From an uncultured Chroococcidiopsis sp. (GTDB lineage: Bacteria > Cyanobacteriota > Cyanobacteriia > Cyanobacteriales > Chroococcidiopsidaceae), in the NCBI GenBank assembly GCA_964248365.1, contig CAXTYC010000010.1:1-64000 (forward strand): a stretch of 64,000 bases of DNA, in the 5' to 3' direction. The notes under the pieces are model-generated. The model ran no database searches, was not told where the DNA came from, and saw only the letters and a list, made by a program, of their open reading frames with translations. How positions within the stretch are numbered: the first letter of the stretch is position 1; the number at the start of each line of letters is the position of its first letter. This document shows, one piece after another, positions 42,446-52,234 of the stretch. The position numbers were made by a program, and so were the translations under genes.

Positions 42446-43468
42446 CTATTGGGGTGTTTGAGGTTGTTTACCAACAACTCCTCGACCAAGGACTTGTGTT
42501 TGTAGAGTAGGAAAGAACCTATTATCATAATTGCCTTGTCTATCACCAGGATTGCCCCTTAAGTAAACAAGAACATCCTGATTGAGTCCACTTTGTTGGT
42601 TAGTAATATCTCTGACACAGGCATAAAAACTACTTACACTAGCAAAATTTCCAGGAGTATTACTAAGAGGTGATGCGATATATTGAGGAGTGCTACTAGG
42701 ATCGCAAGAAACTTGAGAATTGCTTACACCAGCATCTACAAAGTCCACTAGCGTCATAGAATTGGAAGAATCAGGTAGACTAGTTTGTAAATCATTTGTC
42801 CATGTTCCATTTACTTGTCTACGTGGCCAAGTGCGGTAACTTGTCCCATTGCTATTTGGGTTGACATAACCAGATGTCGGGGTTAAGTTGCCGTTACTGA
42901 CTGTGAATTGATCTAGTTCATAGCGAGTAATACGTGCCTGTCCTCGCCACTGAGGAGCATCACTTGACTGGTTTCTTCTGAGGAAATAAACTACTAAGGT
43001 AGGAGTTCTACCAGCCAACAGGAAAGGTCCACAGAGGGCGGGAGTTTGATTTGCAACGATTTGGCACTCAGGCGGTAAAGGGTCTAACTTCCAAAAAGCT
43101 AGGATCGGAACGCTGTTAGGGGGAATTGTAATGTGGTTGACTATACCAGGACAATATTCATTTGCAGCTGTAGCAGGATCGTCTGCGCGTCCTTGGATAC
43201 AACTACCATCATAGACATACGTTGCTTCTCGCATATCTTGGCTAATGTAGTCTAAAGCCATCTGCATCTCGCTTTGCGTTGTATTACGGACAGACTCTTG
43301 CTGGTCTGTTTGTAGTAGACTTGTAATTAGAGCTAATATAAGTGAGATAGCAATGCTACCAATTGCCATAGCTAATAGAAGCTCTATTAAAGTAAACCCA
43401 GCTAACTTACGCTTTGGGGACAAAACCCAAAGTTGATTTAATAGAGATTGCAGATGTTTTCTAGCCAT
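42446..43468 (-). CDS. Pilin-like protein HpsC-like, operon 2
   Basis: G|FTLIELL, DYISQDMREATYVYD, PILAFWK, SFYACV and VYLRGN motifs. Confidence 0.85.
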   Translation of the reverse strand: MARKHLQSLLNQLWVLSPKRKLAGFTLIELLLAMAIGSIAISLILALITSLLQTDQQESVRNTTQSEMQMALDYISQDMREATYVYDGSCIQGRADDPATAANEYCPGIVNHITIPPNSVPILAFWKLDPLPPECQIVANQTPALCGPFLLAGRTPTLVVYFLRRNQSSDAPQWRGQARITRYELDQFTVSNGNLTPTSGYVNPNSNGTSYRTWPRRQVNGTWTNDLQTSLPDSSNSMTLVDFVDAGVSNSQVSCDPSSTPQYIASPLSNTPGNFASVSSFYACVRDITNQQSGLNQDVLVYLRGNPGDRQGNYDNRFFPTLQTQVLGRGVVGKQPQTPQ

Positions 43469-43513
43469 TGAAATTTAGCCAATTTTTAATAAGCTTTTGA
43501 ACTAATGCCAGGT

Positions 43514-44302
43514 TTATTCCGCGCAAGTAGCGCCAGGAGTGAGGAATTTAGTGTATTTGCACAAAGAAAAACGTTGATCGCTCCTAACTATGGGTATGTA
43601 TAAAACAGCTAGGGGACGTTGAAGACTTTCACCAGAAGTAAACCCTAGCTTAGTCGGTTGGGTGAGAGTGGGACGTGCGCCATTAGCAAAGGAGCGACTG
43701 CTGTAAACCCTAACCCCCATTATGAAAGCAGCGGGGGTAGTGATAGTGCTACTAACTGCTTGTTCCTGTCCTCGAAATGTTTGCACGACAAATTCAGGGG
43801 GTGTATTTGAATCTCTATCGAGATCGACGGAGAAACTTTGTGTAGGAGAAGTTCTTGCTGCCGTTGGGTTGTTAAGATTATTAGTATTAAGATTAGAAAT
43901 AGCGTCAGGTGCAGGTGTGTTTTGAATTGGATTTGATCCACTGCTAGGAGGTAAGTTAGCAGTTTGATAGTCTCCTCGCTCAACTAGCAACTTAATGCGA
44001 TCCATCTCACCTCTAGCTATCCCATTCGCTTGCTCAACTCTCTGATTCTGTATGCGGGTTGCCGCAGATAGTATGATTGGTGGAGCGATCGCTGCACCGA
44101 CAAGCGTAATTATTAGAATTGCTACCAAAGTTTCTAGCAGGGTAAATCCCTGGTTTGATGAGCTTTGCCTTAAATGATATGACTTACGCACTATTAACAG
44201 CATTTGAGATATTTCACCTTTTAGAGATCCCCCCAACTCCCCTTTACAAGGGGGGCAAAGGGGGGATTGCCCCCTTCCTAGCTGAGTTACTCTTGTTAGC
44301 AT
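43514..44302 (-). CDS. Pilin-like protein HpsB-like, operon 2
   Basis: G|FTLLETL, RIQNQRVEQA and MGVRVY motifs. ATG 44302 follows AGGA; alternative start at 44203. Confidence 0.85.
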   Translation of the reverse strand: MLTRVTQLGRGQSPLCPPCKGELGGSLKGEISQMLLIVRKSYHLRQSSSNQGFTLLETLVAILIITLVGAAIAPPIILSAATRIQNQRVEQANGIARGEMDRIKLLVERGDYQTANLPPSSGSNPIQNTPAPDAISNLNTNNLNNPTAARTSPTQSFSVDLDRDSNTPPEFVVQTFRGQEQAVSSTITTPAAFIMGVRVYSSRSFANGARPTLTQPTKLGFTSGESLQRPLAVLYIPIVRSDQRFSLCKYTKFLTPGATCAE

Positions 44303-44316
44303 TTCGGTTTCCTGGG

Positions 44317-47300
44317 TTAAGAACAGCTTGCACTTGTATCAATGCGAGTTGAACTTCCTACTGTTTTGGCACAGCGTAGGTTTCTAATATATGGGTCGTC
44401 TACTGGCAACTCGCGGTAGTATTCATTGCGGGTGGTATTACCACTCACAAAACGCCTTGCTACAGGACCAGCTGGTGCCATTTGTAGAGCCACGTCATAA
44501 CCCCAGAGGCGATTGGGCGGATTATAGTATTCGTAACTTGTGATAGTAGATGATGGTGTATTTCCTGGTTCCCAAGCGTCTTGGTCAAACGGTGCAGCTG
44601 CGGATGTACTGAAGTTAAGCTGGACTAAAGCACCAGTAATACGCAATGGCACATTAGTCCAGATTTCAAGAAATCGAGGGAAGTTGTGTAAACCCCCATT
44701 GAACTGATTAGCCCTCGAAGGTACAGTACCACTGATAATAATTGTGTTAACCGTGGTTTGTACGGCGGTATTGAGGGGCTTCTTATTATTTGAGTTGTAG
44801 AAAGGATGGTAAGAAGCATCAAGCTCACTATAAGGTGTTCCAGAATTAATTACAGGACTACCATTCGCGTTTACTTGAATTGGTGACTGTAAATCGGAAG
44901 GATTTTCTCTCAACCAACCACCACTAGGGAGGGTAATGGGACGATTTTGATTGAGATAGGAAGTTTGTCCAGTACTACTGCTACAACCATATTGTGCAAA
45001 TGTGCCTGATGGGACTGTTGTAGAATTACTAAATGGTCCAGCAGTCGTAAAACTGTCTTCTATGCTCCCGTCACAGAAGTTGTTGGAAAGAATGCTAACT
45101 GCATCAGCAATAATCTCTGAGGGACGCCAGCGATCGCCACCTGGTTTAGCAAATCGAGTGTCAGGTGTGCTTCGCGTGTAGAAATTGCTGTAAGTGGTGG
45201 TATTAAGAGTTTCAGTAAATTCCTCTAAATTATTAGCGCTGCCATCTGTGCTGTGGAAGTTAAAATTTCCTTGAATATAAACAGGATTGTCAGAAATTAA
45301 AGATAAGCCGCGAGAATTATTTGGATCGTTGAGAGGCAAACCAGAACGGGTTAAATCCGCTCCATCTTTTAAACGAAAACCATAAGGACGGCGATCTGGA
45401 TCTGCGTAGAAATCGACGGGCTTAGTAGAAATGCCATTGGTTGAATTAATGGGTGGATCTTGAGGGGTATTGGCATTCATGAAACAACTGGCGGTTGTTG
45501 TTATTTCTGTGGTTGTATCGCAGCTTGCCCAAGTTGTAGCAGCAGGTCTAGCAATGCCGTCTTCGCGCACTGCATCTTCTCGGAAGGCGTAGACGATACT
45601 TTTTTGGGGCAACCAGTTATCGGTAACGCTATTTACAGTTAGGGTATTCTGCCTGAGCAAGTCTAAGTCAATATCCAAGACTCGCACATTCATCATTTCC
45701 CGACCGTTGAATAAAGCTGCATCTTTGAAAGGAACTTGGTAGACACTCTCAGTTCCGCTGGCATTTCTATATTTGATTAGACTATTTTGATTATTATTGG
45801 GTGCAGCAGTACCAGGGCTACTCACTACAGTTGTAGGTAGCTTCCAAGGATTAGTGCCACCTATAGTTCTTGGTCTGAGTCTAATACTTTCTAGTGCAGT
45901 AGCGTCTGAAGTGAGATTATAAGTAGCGCCAGTATTACCATCAATCGGCTTGTAGAAATTTGTACCTGGAGTTGGGGCGTTGACAAGCGCGTCTTTGATG
46001 TAATTATCGCCTGTTCTAGCTGTCTGATATTCATCGTGTTTTGTGGCAGGGAAGATGTAATACAAAGCTGGATACTTCACATCGTTTATTGTGTATGAGG
46101 CACCTGCTTTAATAGGACATAATCTTGCCAACTGGCTAACTACTGCTGGATTAGCTGAATTAAATTTGTTAGCTGTACACGTATAGTTGCTAACACCAGT
46201 GTTAATGTTGTAGCCGTAAATATTGCGCTCTAGTTCTATTTGTTCCTTCAAATAAACAGTGCGAGCCAACCGCTGCCAGTCTGAAGAAAGCGCTGTAATT
46301 ACCATTTCAGGTGTATTGTAAAGAGAAGGAGATAAATTACTAATTGCAGTATTCAAATTCGTTGACGTATTTGTCCATAGAACTCCCGCGTTTCTGCTGT
46401 AGTCGAAGTCTTGAAGCAGCTTGATGTTATTAGCCAACATTCCCAAGCTGCAAGCCGCTGTATGCAAGTAAGATTGATCTGCGATGCTGAGGTTAGCGTA
46501 TCCAGAAGCATTGAGGTTTCTGATGGCTCGGCGCAGATTTGAAAAGTCCCCGTACTGCGTCAATTGAGGATAGGGATGGATTACCGATCCTGCCGCTGCA
46601 ACTGCTTTAGAGCTTGAGTTATCTTGCTGCGCTGGGAATGCGCCAAAAGGATCGCCTGCAAAATTGGCTAGGTTGTTTAAAGCCCTTAACATAGCAGGAT
46701 TGGGAAAAGATGTAGCATCGGGTACATCATATTCCCAGCCATTCGTTCCCCTGCCACTGAAGAAATCATTAGACAGTTTTAGGTCGTTGCCGCTTGAATC
46801 TTTAAAAGTTATTTCTTCAAATGTGGCACTGCGCTTAAGCGTGTCAGCTGTTCCCGGATGCACTGTAGTAGCTAGACAAGCGATGGGGAAATCTTGAACA
46901 TTTCCGGCTGCATCTTTATTAGCTTGGTGATAAATTGCTGTTGCTTGAACTGCTGCTAGATTATCTCTTAAAGCACGTCGTTGCCGCGCTTGGTGAGTGA
47001 TTGTACTAATCGTTGGTAAACCCAAAGGACTACCTAACTCTAAGCGCTGACCTACGATCGTTCGGAGTCCTTCCAAACGCGCCCGCCGCTCCCAATAACC
47101 ATCCAATCCTAAATTTTCTTGACCTCCACCCATCGGATCTTTGCTAGTCAACTCAGGTTTCCCACTGGGGATAGAATCGCCAACTTTTGTTCCTGCTGGT
47201 ATTTGTAATGAAGGATTTGAACCGTAGGATGGCTTAGGACCATATCGGTCATCTGCGCGATAAGTATCATCAAGGTAAGGCTTAGGCTCTTGTTGATTAT

Positions 47301-48663
47301 AAACTCGCCTATTTGTAACAAATGGTTGATTTTGCCAGTTAGAATCCCTTAATGCACTCCAGTTAGTAACGTTAGTAGTTGCGTGAGATATTTCTTGAGT
47401 AAAAAGATCGATTGGATCGAGAGCAATATCTGCTGGCAATACACTGGAAGTGCTTGCAACAGAATCATTGTTCTGAGTAAAATTAATAGCGTTACCTGAA
47501 GAAACTACATTATTGTTTTGATCAACAGAATGAATTCTGTTTGTATCAGTGGTCATTGTATTGTCTATTACAGAACCACTAAGAACTTGCCCTTGAAATT
47601 GAATTTGGTTTTGACTGTCTCTGATTTCAGAAACTGTAATTTCAGATGCAGTACGGCTAAAACTACAAGACTTTGGAGCGCTGAGCAAATAAGAGGTAAA
47701 GTTGCCAAGTCCTCCTATAAAAATGCTACCTTCTGTGTGCATAGCTCCGTTCCAGTTGAAGGGAGGAGGATTATTTAGTGATACGTCATAGCGGAACCAA
47801 GCACCCCACTTATTTCCTCGGTCAAGTTGTCTGTCTTGTTGGAGTTCTAAAGTAGAATAAGGTTTACTACTTGCAGTGGTTGTATTAGTTGGAATTACAA
47901 CAGCATTGATTTGAAAATTCTTGCGTAGAACAGAAGTATTGTTATTGGCAATAAACCAACCTTCTTCCTGAATTTGTCCTGTTGGGCAATTTGGGGAGCT
48001 AACTAGATTAGCAGGATTAAAAACAGGACCATTACGAGTAAGAAGGTTGCTGGCTCTATTACTTAAAGCAGTGCTACTTTGATCGTTAAGATCGTTTTGA
48101 TTAGTTGGAACTTGCCCAATAATAGAGTAAGCAACAGTAGCATCATTTTGCCCATCACCATTAGTATCAGCTGGAAAAGACCAGGCATTATCAGCTTGCC
48201 CGTCGTTATCCAAATCTAAGCGTGTTTCATCTCCAAGTTTGTACACATCCGGTTGAGTGGTATCAGTAGGAGGCTTCATCAAGCTGACTAGAACTGTTTG
48301 CCCTGGTACTCCATTAGGTATGTTGGAATTTGGGTTAGAAAACAGATACTCCAACTTAGACTTAGCTCGGTCGATAGCTGGCGAGGCTGCGTTAGAGATA
48401 TAGTTCTCCTGTCGTTCCGCAAAGACCTGGTTTGTCCGGCTGGAAGTGCGAACAATTAAAGCACCAATTACTATGGTCATGACCAACAGCAGCATGACTG
48501 TTGTTGGCAACACAAACCCCGCTTTGGCAAGACGAACTCGTCTACTCAGAACAAGCAGGCTACGCAGAAACCACTGAATTAACCACTTGAATATGGCACT
48601 ATGTAACTTCCAAATCTGTTTGAATAAATTTTGTTTAGCCTTGGTTTGCTTGCGAGTTGCCAT
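44317..48663 (-). CDS. hpsA: HpsA-like large PilX-type protein, operon 2
   Basis: G|FVLPT, NKWGAWFR, DGYWERRA, RRPYGFRL, WRPSEIIADA and GGLHNFPRFLEIW motifs; 1448 aa. Confidence 0.85.
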   Translation of the reverse strand: MATRKQTKAKQNLFKQIWKLHSAIFKWLIQWFLRSLLVLSRRVRLAKAGFVLPTTVMLLLVMTIVIGALIVRTSSRTNQVFAERQENYISNAASPAIDRAKSKLEYLFSNPNSNIPNGVPGQTVLVSLMKPPTDTTQPDVYKLGDETRLDLDNDGQADNAWSFPADTNGDGQNDATVAYSIIGQVPTNQNDLNDQSSTALSNRASNLLTRNGPVFNPANLVSSPNCPTGQIQEEGWFIANNNTSVLRKNFQINAVVIPTNTTTASSKPYSTLELQQDRQLDRGNKWGAWFRYDVSLNNPPPFNWNGAMHTEGSIFIGGLGNFTSYLLSAPKSCSFSRTASEITVSEIRDSQNQIQFQGQVLSGSVIDNTMTTDTNRIHSVDQNNNVVSSGNAINFTQNNDSVASTSSVLPADIALDPIDLFTQEISHATTNVTNWSALRDSNWQNQPFVTNRRVYNQQEPKPYLDDTYRADDRYGPKPSYGSNPSLQIPAGTKVGDSIPSGKPELTSKDPMGGGQENLGLDGYWERRARLEGLRTIVGQRLELGSPLGLPTISTITHQARQRRALRDNLAAVQATAIYHQANKDAAGNVQDFPIACLATTVHPGTADTLKRSATFEEITFKDSSGNDLKLSNDFFSGRGTNGWEYDVPDATSFPNPAMLRALNNLANFAGDPFGAFPAQQDNSSSKAVAAAGSVIHPYPQLTQYGDFSNLRRAIRNLNASGYANLSIADQSYLHTAACSLGMLANNIKLLQDFDYSRNAGVLWTNTSTNLNTAISNLSPSLYNTPEMVITALSSDWQRLARTVYLKEQIELERNIYGYNINTGVSNYTCTANKFNSANPAVVSQLARLCPIKAGASYTINDVKYPALYYIFPATKHDEYQTARTGDNYIKDALVNAPTPGTNFYKPIDGNTGATYNLTSDATALESIRLRPRTIGGTNPWKLPTTVVSSPGTAAPNNNQNSLIKYRNASGTESVYQVPFKDAALFNGREMMNVRVLDIDLDLLRQNTLTVNSVTDNWLPQKSIVYAFREDAVREDGIARPAATTWASCDTTTEITTTASCFMNANTPQDPPINSTNGISTKPVDFYADPDRRPYGFRLKDGADLTRSGLPLNDPNNSRGLSLISDNPVYIQGNFNFHSTDGSANNLEEFTETLNTTTYSNFYTRSTPDTRFAKPGGDRWRPSEIIADAVSILSNNFCDGSIEDSFTTAGPFSNSTTVPSGTFAQYGCSSSTGQTSYLNQNRPITLPSGGWLRENPSDLQSPIQVNANGSPVINSGTPYSELDASYHPFYNSNNKKPLNTAVQTTVNTIIISGTVPSRANQFNGGLHNFPRFLEIWTNVPLRITGALVQLNFSTSAAAPFDQDAWEPGNTPSSTITSYEYYNPPNRLWGYDVALQMAPAGPVARRFVSGNTTRNEYYRELPVDDPYIRNLRCAKTVGSSTRIDTSASCS

Positions 48664-49283
48664 GAATCCTTTCCTGCCAAAAGTTGAAGTTGTTGCCTTT
48701 AAATCTGAAAAATAATTGATAAAAACTTAAGTTTTAACATAAATAATTAAGCACTCTACTACTAATTAGGAGAGCGCAAACTTTTATTTTAAATTCAAAT
48801 TGAAGCTAAATTGCCCCTGAAAGTAACTATCTATTGTTTTAGCAATTTATTTTGATAGCAATTACCGTGAATGTACGAATTTAAGTTATAAGAGCTTGCA
48901 AGTTATTTACGTAATTTTACGGTGAAAGATGTGGAAATAAGGCTTGGAATGAACCTGGAATCTAGGTTTCAAAGCGCTCCCCCCTAGCCCCCCATTGAAT
49001 TAGGGGAATTAAAGAAGGAAATCTTGCATTTGCCTAATGACCCCTTGGCAAATTAATTTGCAGGCTCATAGCTCAAGTCCTCTTAAGAGGACTAAAATAA
49101 TTAGTTGATTTTAATTATGAATAAAATGCAGTAATTTGTGAAAGGTTTAAGTTAGTTACTTTTAATCTTGTTATTAGAGTAATTCGGAGAATAAAAAATT
49201 GATATAATAAGGTAGGAAAATCGTTAGTTTTTTATTTTAATTTATGATTTTCCCTGCTTTATAGTTGGGACAAAAATTTTTAT

Positions 49284-49676
49284 GCCTCTGCGTCCAGGCG
49301 ATGGGCAAGAACGTAAGCTCGGAGTTCTTCATCGTTCATTGCACAATAGTCAATCATCTCATCATCCTCCTACCATTGGGATAAATTTCTACTTCGATTG
49401 ACTCACCTGCTTTGAATTATTAGGTTGGCGCTACGCTCATCGATGCGTACTAGATAGATGTTGACATAAGCATTGGTGAGAAATGCGCTCCTCTTGAAAC
49501 AAAGCTAAAAGTTGTGCTGGAGTTGGCATTCACTGCTCCAGTAACAGCGATAGTAGGGCAACTTTCATTAATGATTTTGCAACCTTTGTTACTCAGTGTG
49601 TTATAGAGGAAAAATCTAACAAAGCGAGGCTAACTCTTCAAGCTCGGTGCTGGATAGCTGTTGAAGGCGCGATCGC
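49284..49676. repeat. ~393-bp direct repeat, copy A (copy B at 50851-51244)
   Basis: Near-identical sequence at offset 1567. It contains a DUF6887-like 5' end, a DUF6888-like pseudogene and a DUF4351-like 3' remnant. Confidence 0.92.
49354..49529 (-). pseudogene. DUF6888-like small gene, frameshifted (copy A)
   Basis: MPTPAQLLA/FKRSAFLTNAYVNIYLVRIDERSANLIIQ/AGESIEVEIYPNGRR needs two 1-nt corrections. ATGA overlap with the next gene. Confidence 0.6.
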
Positions 49677-49745
49677 TAACTACCGTTTTACCGTACTAAG
49701 TCGCCGCGTAAGTTGTCTCAAAACTTCTGGCTTAGCTTCCTCACA
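49568..49745 (-). pseudogene. DUF4351-like Rpn C-terminal remnant 1
   Basis: VLRQLTRRL...SRLQQLSSTELEEL with a stop and frameshifts. Confidence 0.75.
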
Positions 49746-49799
49746 ACTGAGCTTAGGTATAGTGAGTGTAGCTAGTCTTCAAGACATGGTGGAGGAATA

Positions 49800-50051
49800 A
49801 TGATGAAAATTAAAGGCATAAAGCGTGGTAAACAAATTGAATTGTTAGAGGAAATTAACATTCCTGATGGTACAGAAATTTATGTGGAAGTTGAGGTTGA
49901 GCAGCCTTTAAGCGAACAGGAAAGACTAACAAGACTCAACCAAATATTTGGAGCCTGGAAAAACCAAACCGATCTTGATGAAATATTTAATGAAATTGAT
50001 ACAGAGCGTCATGCCTATCCTGGTAGAACACTAGAATCCCTCGATGACTAA
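49800..50051 (+). CDS. Probable antitoxin of the adjacent VapC
   Basis: 83 aa, GGAGG RBS, IELLEEINIPDGTEI motif, 11 bp upstream of a PIN toxin gene. Confidence 0.75.
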   Translation: MMKIKGIKRGKQIELLEEINIPDGTEIYVEVEVEQPLSEQERLTRLNQIFGAWKNQTDLDEIFNEIDTERHAYPGRTLESLDD

Positions 50052-50062
50052 GGTAATAATTT

Positions 50063-50458
50063 GTGTATTTATTAGATACAAATATTTGCGTGGCTCTGCT
50101 TAAACAGAATGCTTTAGCTGTTGGAAAATTTAATGCAAAAGCTGATTTTTGTTACCTTTCTACAATTGTGGTGGCTGAACTTTATAAAGGCGTTTACTGT
50201 TCTCAACGGCGGTGGCAAAACTTGAGTATACTAGAGCAATTCCTTAGCTTGATGCCAATTGTTGACTTTGACTCTAGTGCAGCTGAAGAATTTGGTAAGA
50301 TTCAAGCCGAGTTAAGATGCATCGGTAAACCGACAGGTGAATTAGACGCAATAATTGCTGCGGTTGCCCGTTCTCGTCAAAATATTCTCGTAACTAATAA
50401 TACGCGCCATTTCGTAAATATTTCAGGTTTGCAATTAGAAAACTGGTTAGAACCTTAA
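50063..50458 (+). CDS. vapC: VapC family PIN-domain toxin
   Basis: YLLDTNI, AELYKG, DAIIAA, VTNNTRHF and LENW motifs. Confidence 0.93.
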   Translation: MYLLDTNICVALLKQNALAVGKFNAKADFCYLSTIVVAELYKGVYCSQRRWQNLSILEQFLSLMPIVDFDSSAAEEFGKIQAELRCIGKPTGELDAIIAAVARSRQNILVTNNTRHFVNISGLQLENWLEP

Positions 50459-50610
50459 AACGGGTATCTTCTCTATGAGTTCTACTTTGTAGCCTCACGC
50501 ACAATTGATAATTCTATCCCTAGTGCATCTTTACCAGGTAGCGTAAGCGTTGCGTGAGCGTAGCGATCGCCCATATTACCCCTTGCGATCGCATCGATCA
50601 TCTACCCCAA

Positions 50611-50719
50611 TTATTGACGAGCCAACCTTTGTTACTAAGTCTGCTTTCCTGGTAAAATCCAACAAAGCGAGGCTAACTCTTCAAGCTGGGCGCTAGATAG
50701 CTGTTGAAGGCGCGATCGC
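50611..50719 (-). pseudogene. DUF4351-like remnant 2, beginning at a HIP1 site
   Basis: Matches the last ~110 nt of gene 52235-53083, and the adjacent 50563-50610 matches that gene's 3' flank. Homology ends at GCGATCGC 50712-50719. Confidence 0.8.
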
Positions 50720-50924
50720 TAGTAGTTTTTGTCTTTAGAGCGCTGCAACTTCTCGTCAAGGATCTGTTGCATCCGCTCCTCACTCCATTCTTTCGGTTCA
50801 ATAATGGCAACGTATGGGCGTTGTTGCATCCATCTACATAGGTATGAAAAGCCACTGTGTCCTGGTGATGGGCAAGAACGTAAGCTCGGAGTTCTTCATC
50901 GTTCATTGCACAATAGTCAATCAT
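50719..50924 (-). pseudogene. DUF6887-like small gene, frameshifted
   Basis: MIDYCAMNDEELRAYVLAHHQD..AFHTYVD, continuing in another frame as MQQRPYVAIIEPKEWSEERMQQILDEKL...NY*. Confidence 0.6.
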
Positions 50925-51244
50925 CTCATCATCCTCCTACCATTGGGATAAATTTCTACTTCGATTGACTCACCTGCTTTGAATTATTAGGTTGGCGCTA
51001 CGCTCATCGATGCGTACTAGATATATGTTGACATAAGCATTGGTGAGAAATGCGCTCGTCTTGAAATAAAGCTAAAAGTTGTGCTGGAGTTGGCATTCAC
51101 TGCTCTAGTAATAGCGATAGTAGGGCAACTTTCATTAATTATATTGTAACTTTTGTTACTAAATATGCTTGACTGGTAAAATCCAACAAAGCGAGGACTA
51201 ACTCTTCAAGCTGGGGGCTGGAGAGTTGTTGAAGGCGCGATCGC
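50851..51244. repeat. ~393-bp direct repeat, copy B
   Basis: Matches 49284-49676. Includes the DUF6888-like pseudogene 50921-51096 with the same two frameshifts. Confidence 0.92.
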
Positions 51245-51400
51245 GGTTGTGGTTCAATCACACCAAATCGCCGTGTCAGTAGCCACAGAACTACTGCCAA
51301 TCCTTCCTATCTTCCTTGCAAAGCCCTTCTTCTAGTGCCTCTTGATAGCCTAATTGCCTCAATTCGTGAAATCTTAGCATCTGTTCTGGGGCGATCGCAC
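51138..51400 (-). pseudogene. Rpn/DUF4351-like remnant 3
   Basis: APEQMLRFHELRQLGYQEALEEG/LAVVLWLLTRRFGVIEPQPRSRLQQLSSPQLEELVLALLDFT, frameshifted. Confidence 0.8.
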
Positions 51401-51496
51401 CGATATCCAAAAGCTCCAAAATATAATCATTGCTATATCGGCAAAATTCCCTAGAAGGCTAGGATAGGTTTACAGCGACGCGACCAATTTAGTCTT

Positions 51497-52135
51497 ATGG
51501 TTCAAACCCTTGCCATTTCTAAAGCCATAACCAGCATGGCGCAGCTGCAAGAAAGGTTCAATCTGACCCCAACTAACAATGACCAATTCTTTACTGAGTG
51601 GTTTCAAGACTTACCTGAACTTACTGATGAGGAAAAGGTATCCCTAGACAAAATTAAACACAGATTCACTCGGCACAGAGATCTTGGAGAATTGGCAGAA
51701 GGCACTGTTAATTTATTGGTGGTATCACCTTTACTAGAACTAGCAGGCTTTTACGATGAGCCTTTCTTCATTAGGACTGAACCCCAAGTTGAAATTTTGC
51801 TGGAAGACCAAGATGAAATTTTACCAGGTCGAATTGACACTTTAGTAATCAAAGAACGCCTTTGGGTTTTAGTAGTTGAATCAAAGCGGTCTATTTCCTT
51901 TGAAGCAGCAATACCCCAAGCGCTAACTTACATGATGGCGAATCCTAACCTCAATCAGCCAGTTTATGGCATGGTATGTGATGGCGATCTGTTTATGTTC
52001 ATCAAACTCTTAAAACAAGACCCGCCACAGTATGACTTTTCTGATACGTTTTCGCTTTTACTACGGCGGCAAAATAAGCTATACGACATCCTGCGCGTGC
52101 TGAAGCGAATCAGTGGTTTAATAGCGCAAGCATAA
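51497..52135 (+). CDS. PD-(D/E)xK nuclease-like protein (cyanobacterial restriction endonuclease subunit R-like family)
   Basis: SPLLELAGFY, GRIDTLV, VVESKR and AIPQALTYM motifs. Confidence 0.8.
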   Translation: MVQTLAISKAITSMAQLQERFNLTPTNNDQFFTEWFQDLPELTDEEKVSLDKIKHRFTRHRDLGELAEGTVNLLVVSPLLELAGFYDEPFFIRTEPQVEILLEDQDEILPGRIDTLVIKERLWVLVVESKRSISFEAAIPQALTYMMANPNLNQPVYGMVCDGDLFMFIKLLKQDPPQYDFSDTFSLLLRRQNKLYDILRVLKRISGLIAQA

Positions 52136-52234
52136 GCAGCACAGCGTAATTCAATCTACTTTACTGCGATCAAAAAAGTTGTACAGCGATCGCCCATATT
52201 ACCCCATAGCAATCGCCTCAACCATCTACCCTAA

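Noticed and set aside
49284..51244. Composite transposon
   Set aside because: The direct repeats encode no transposase and show no terminal inverted repeats.
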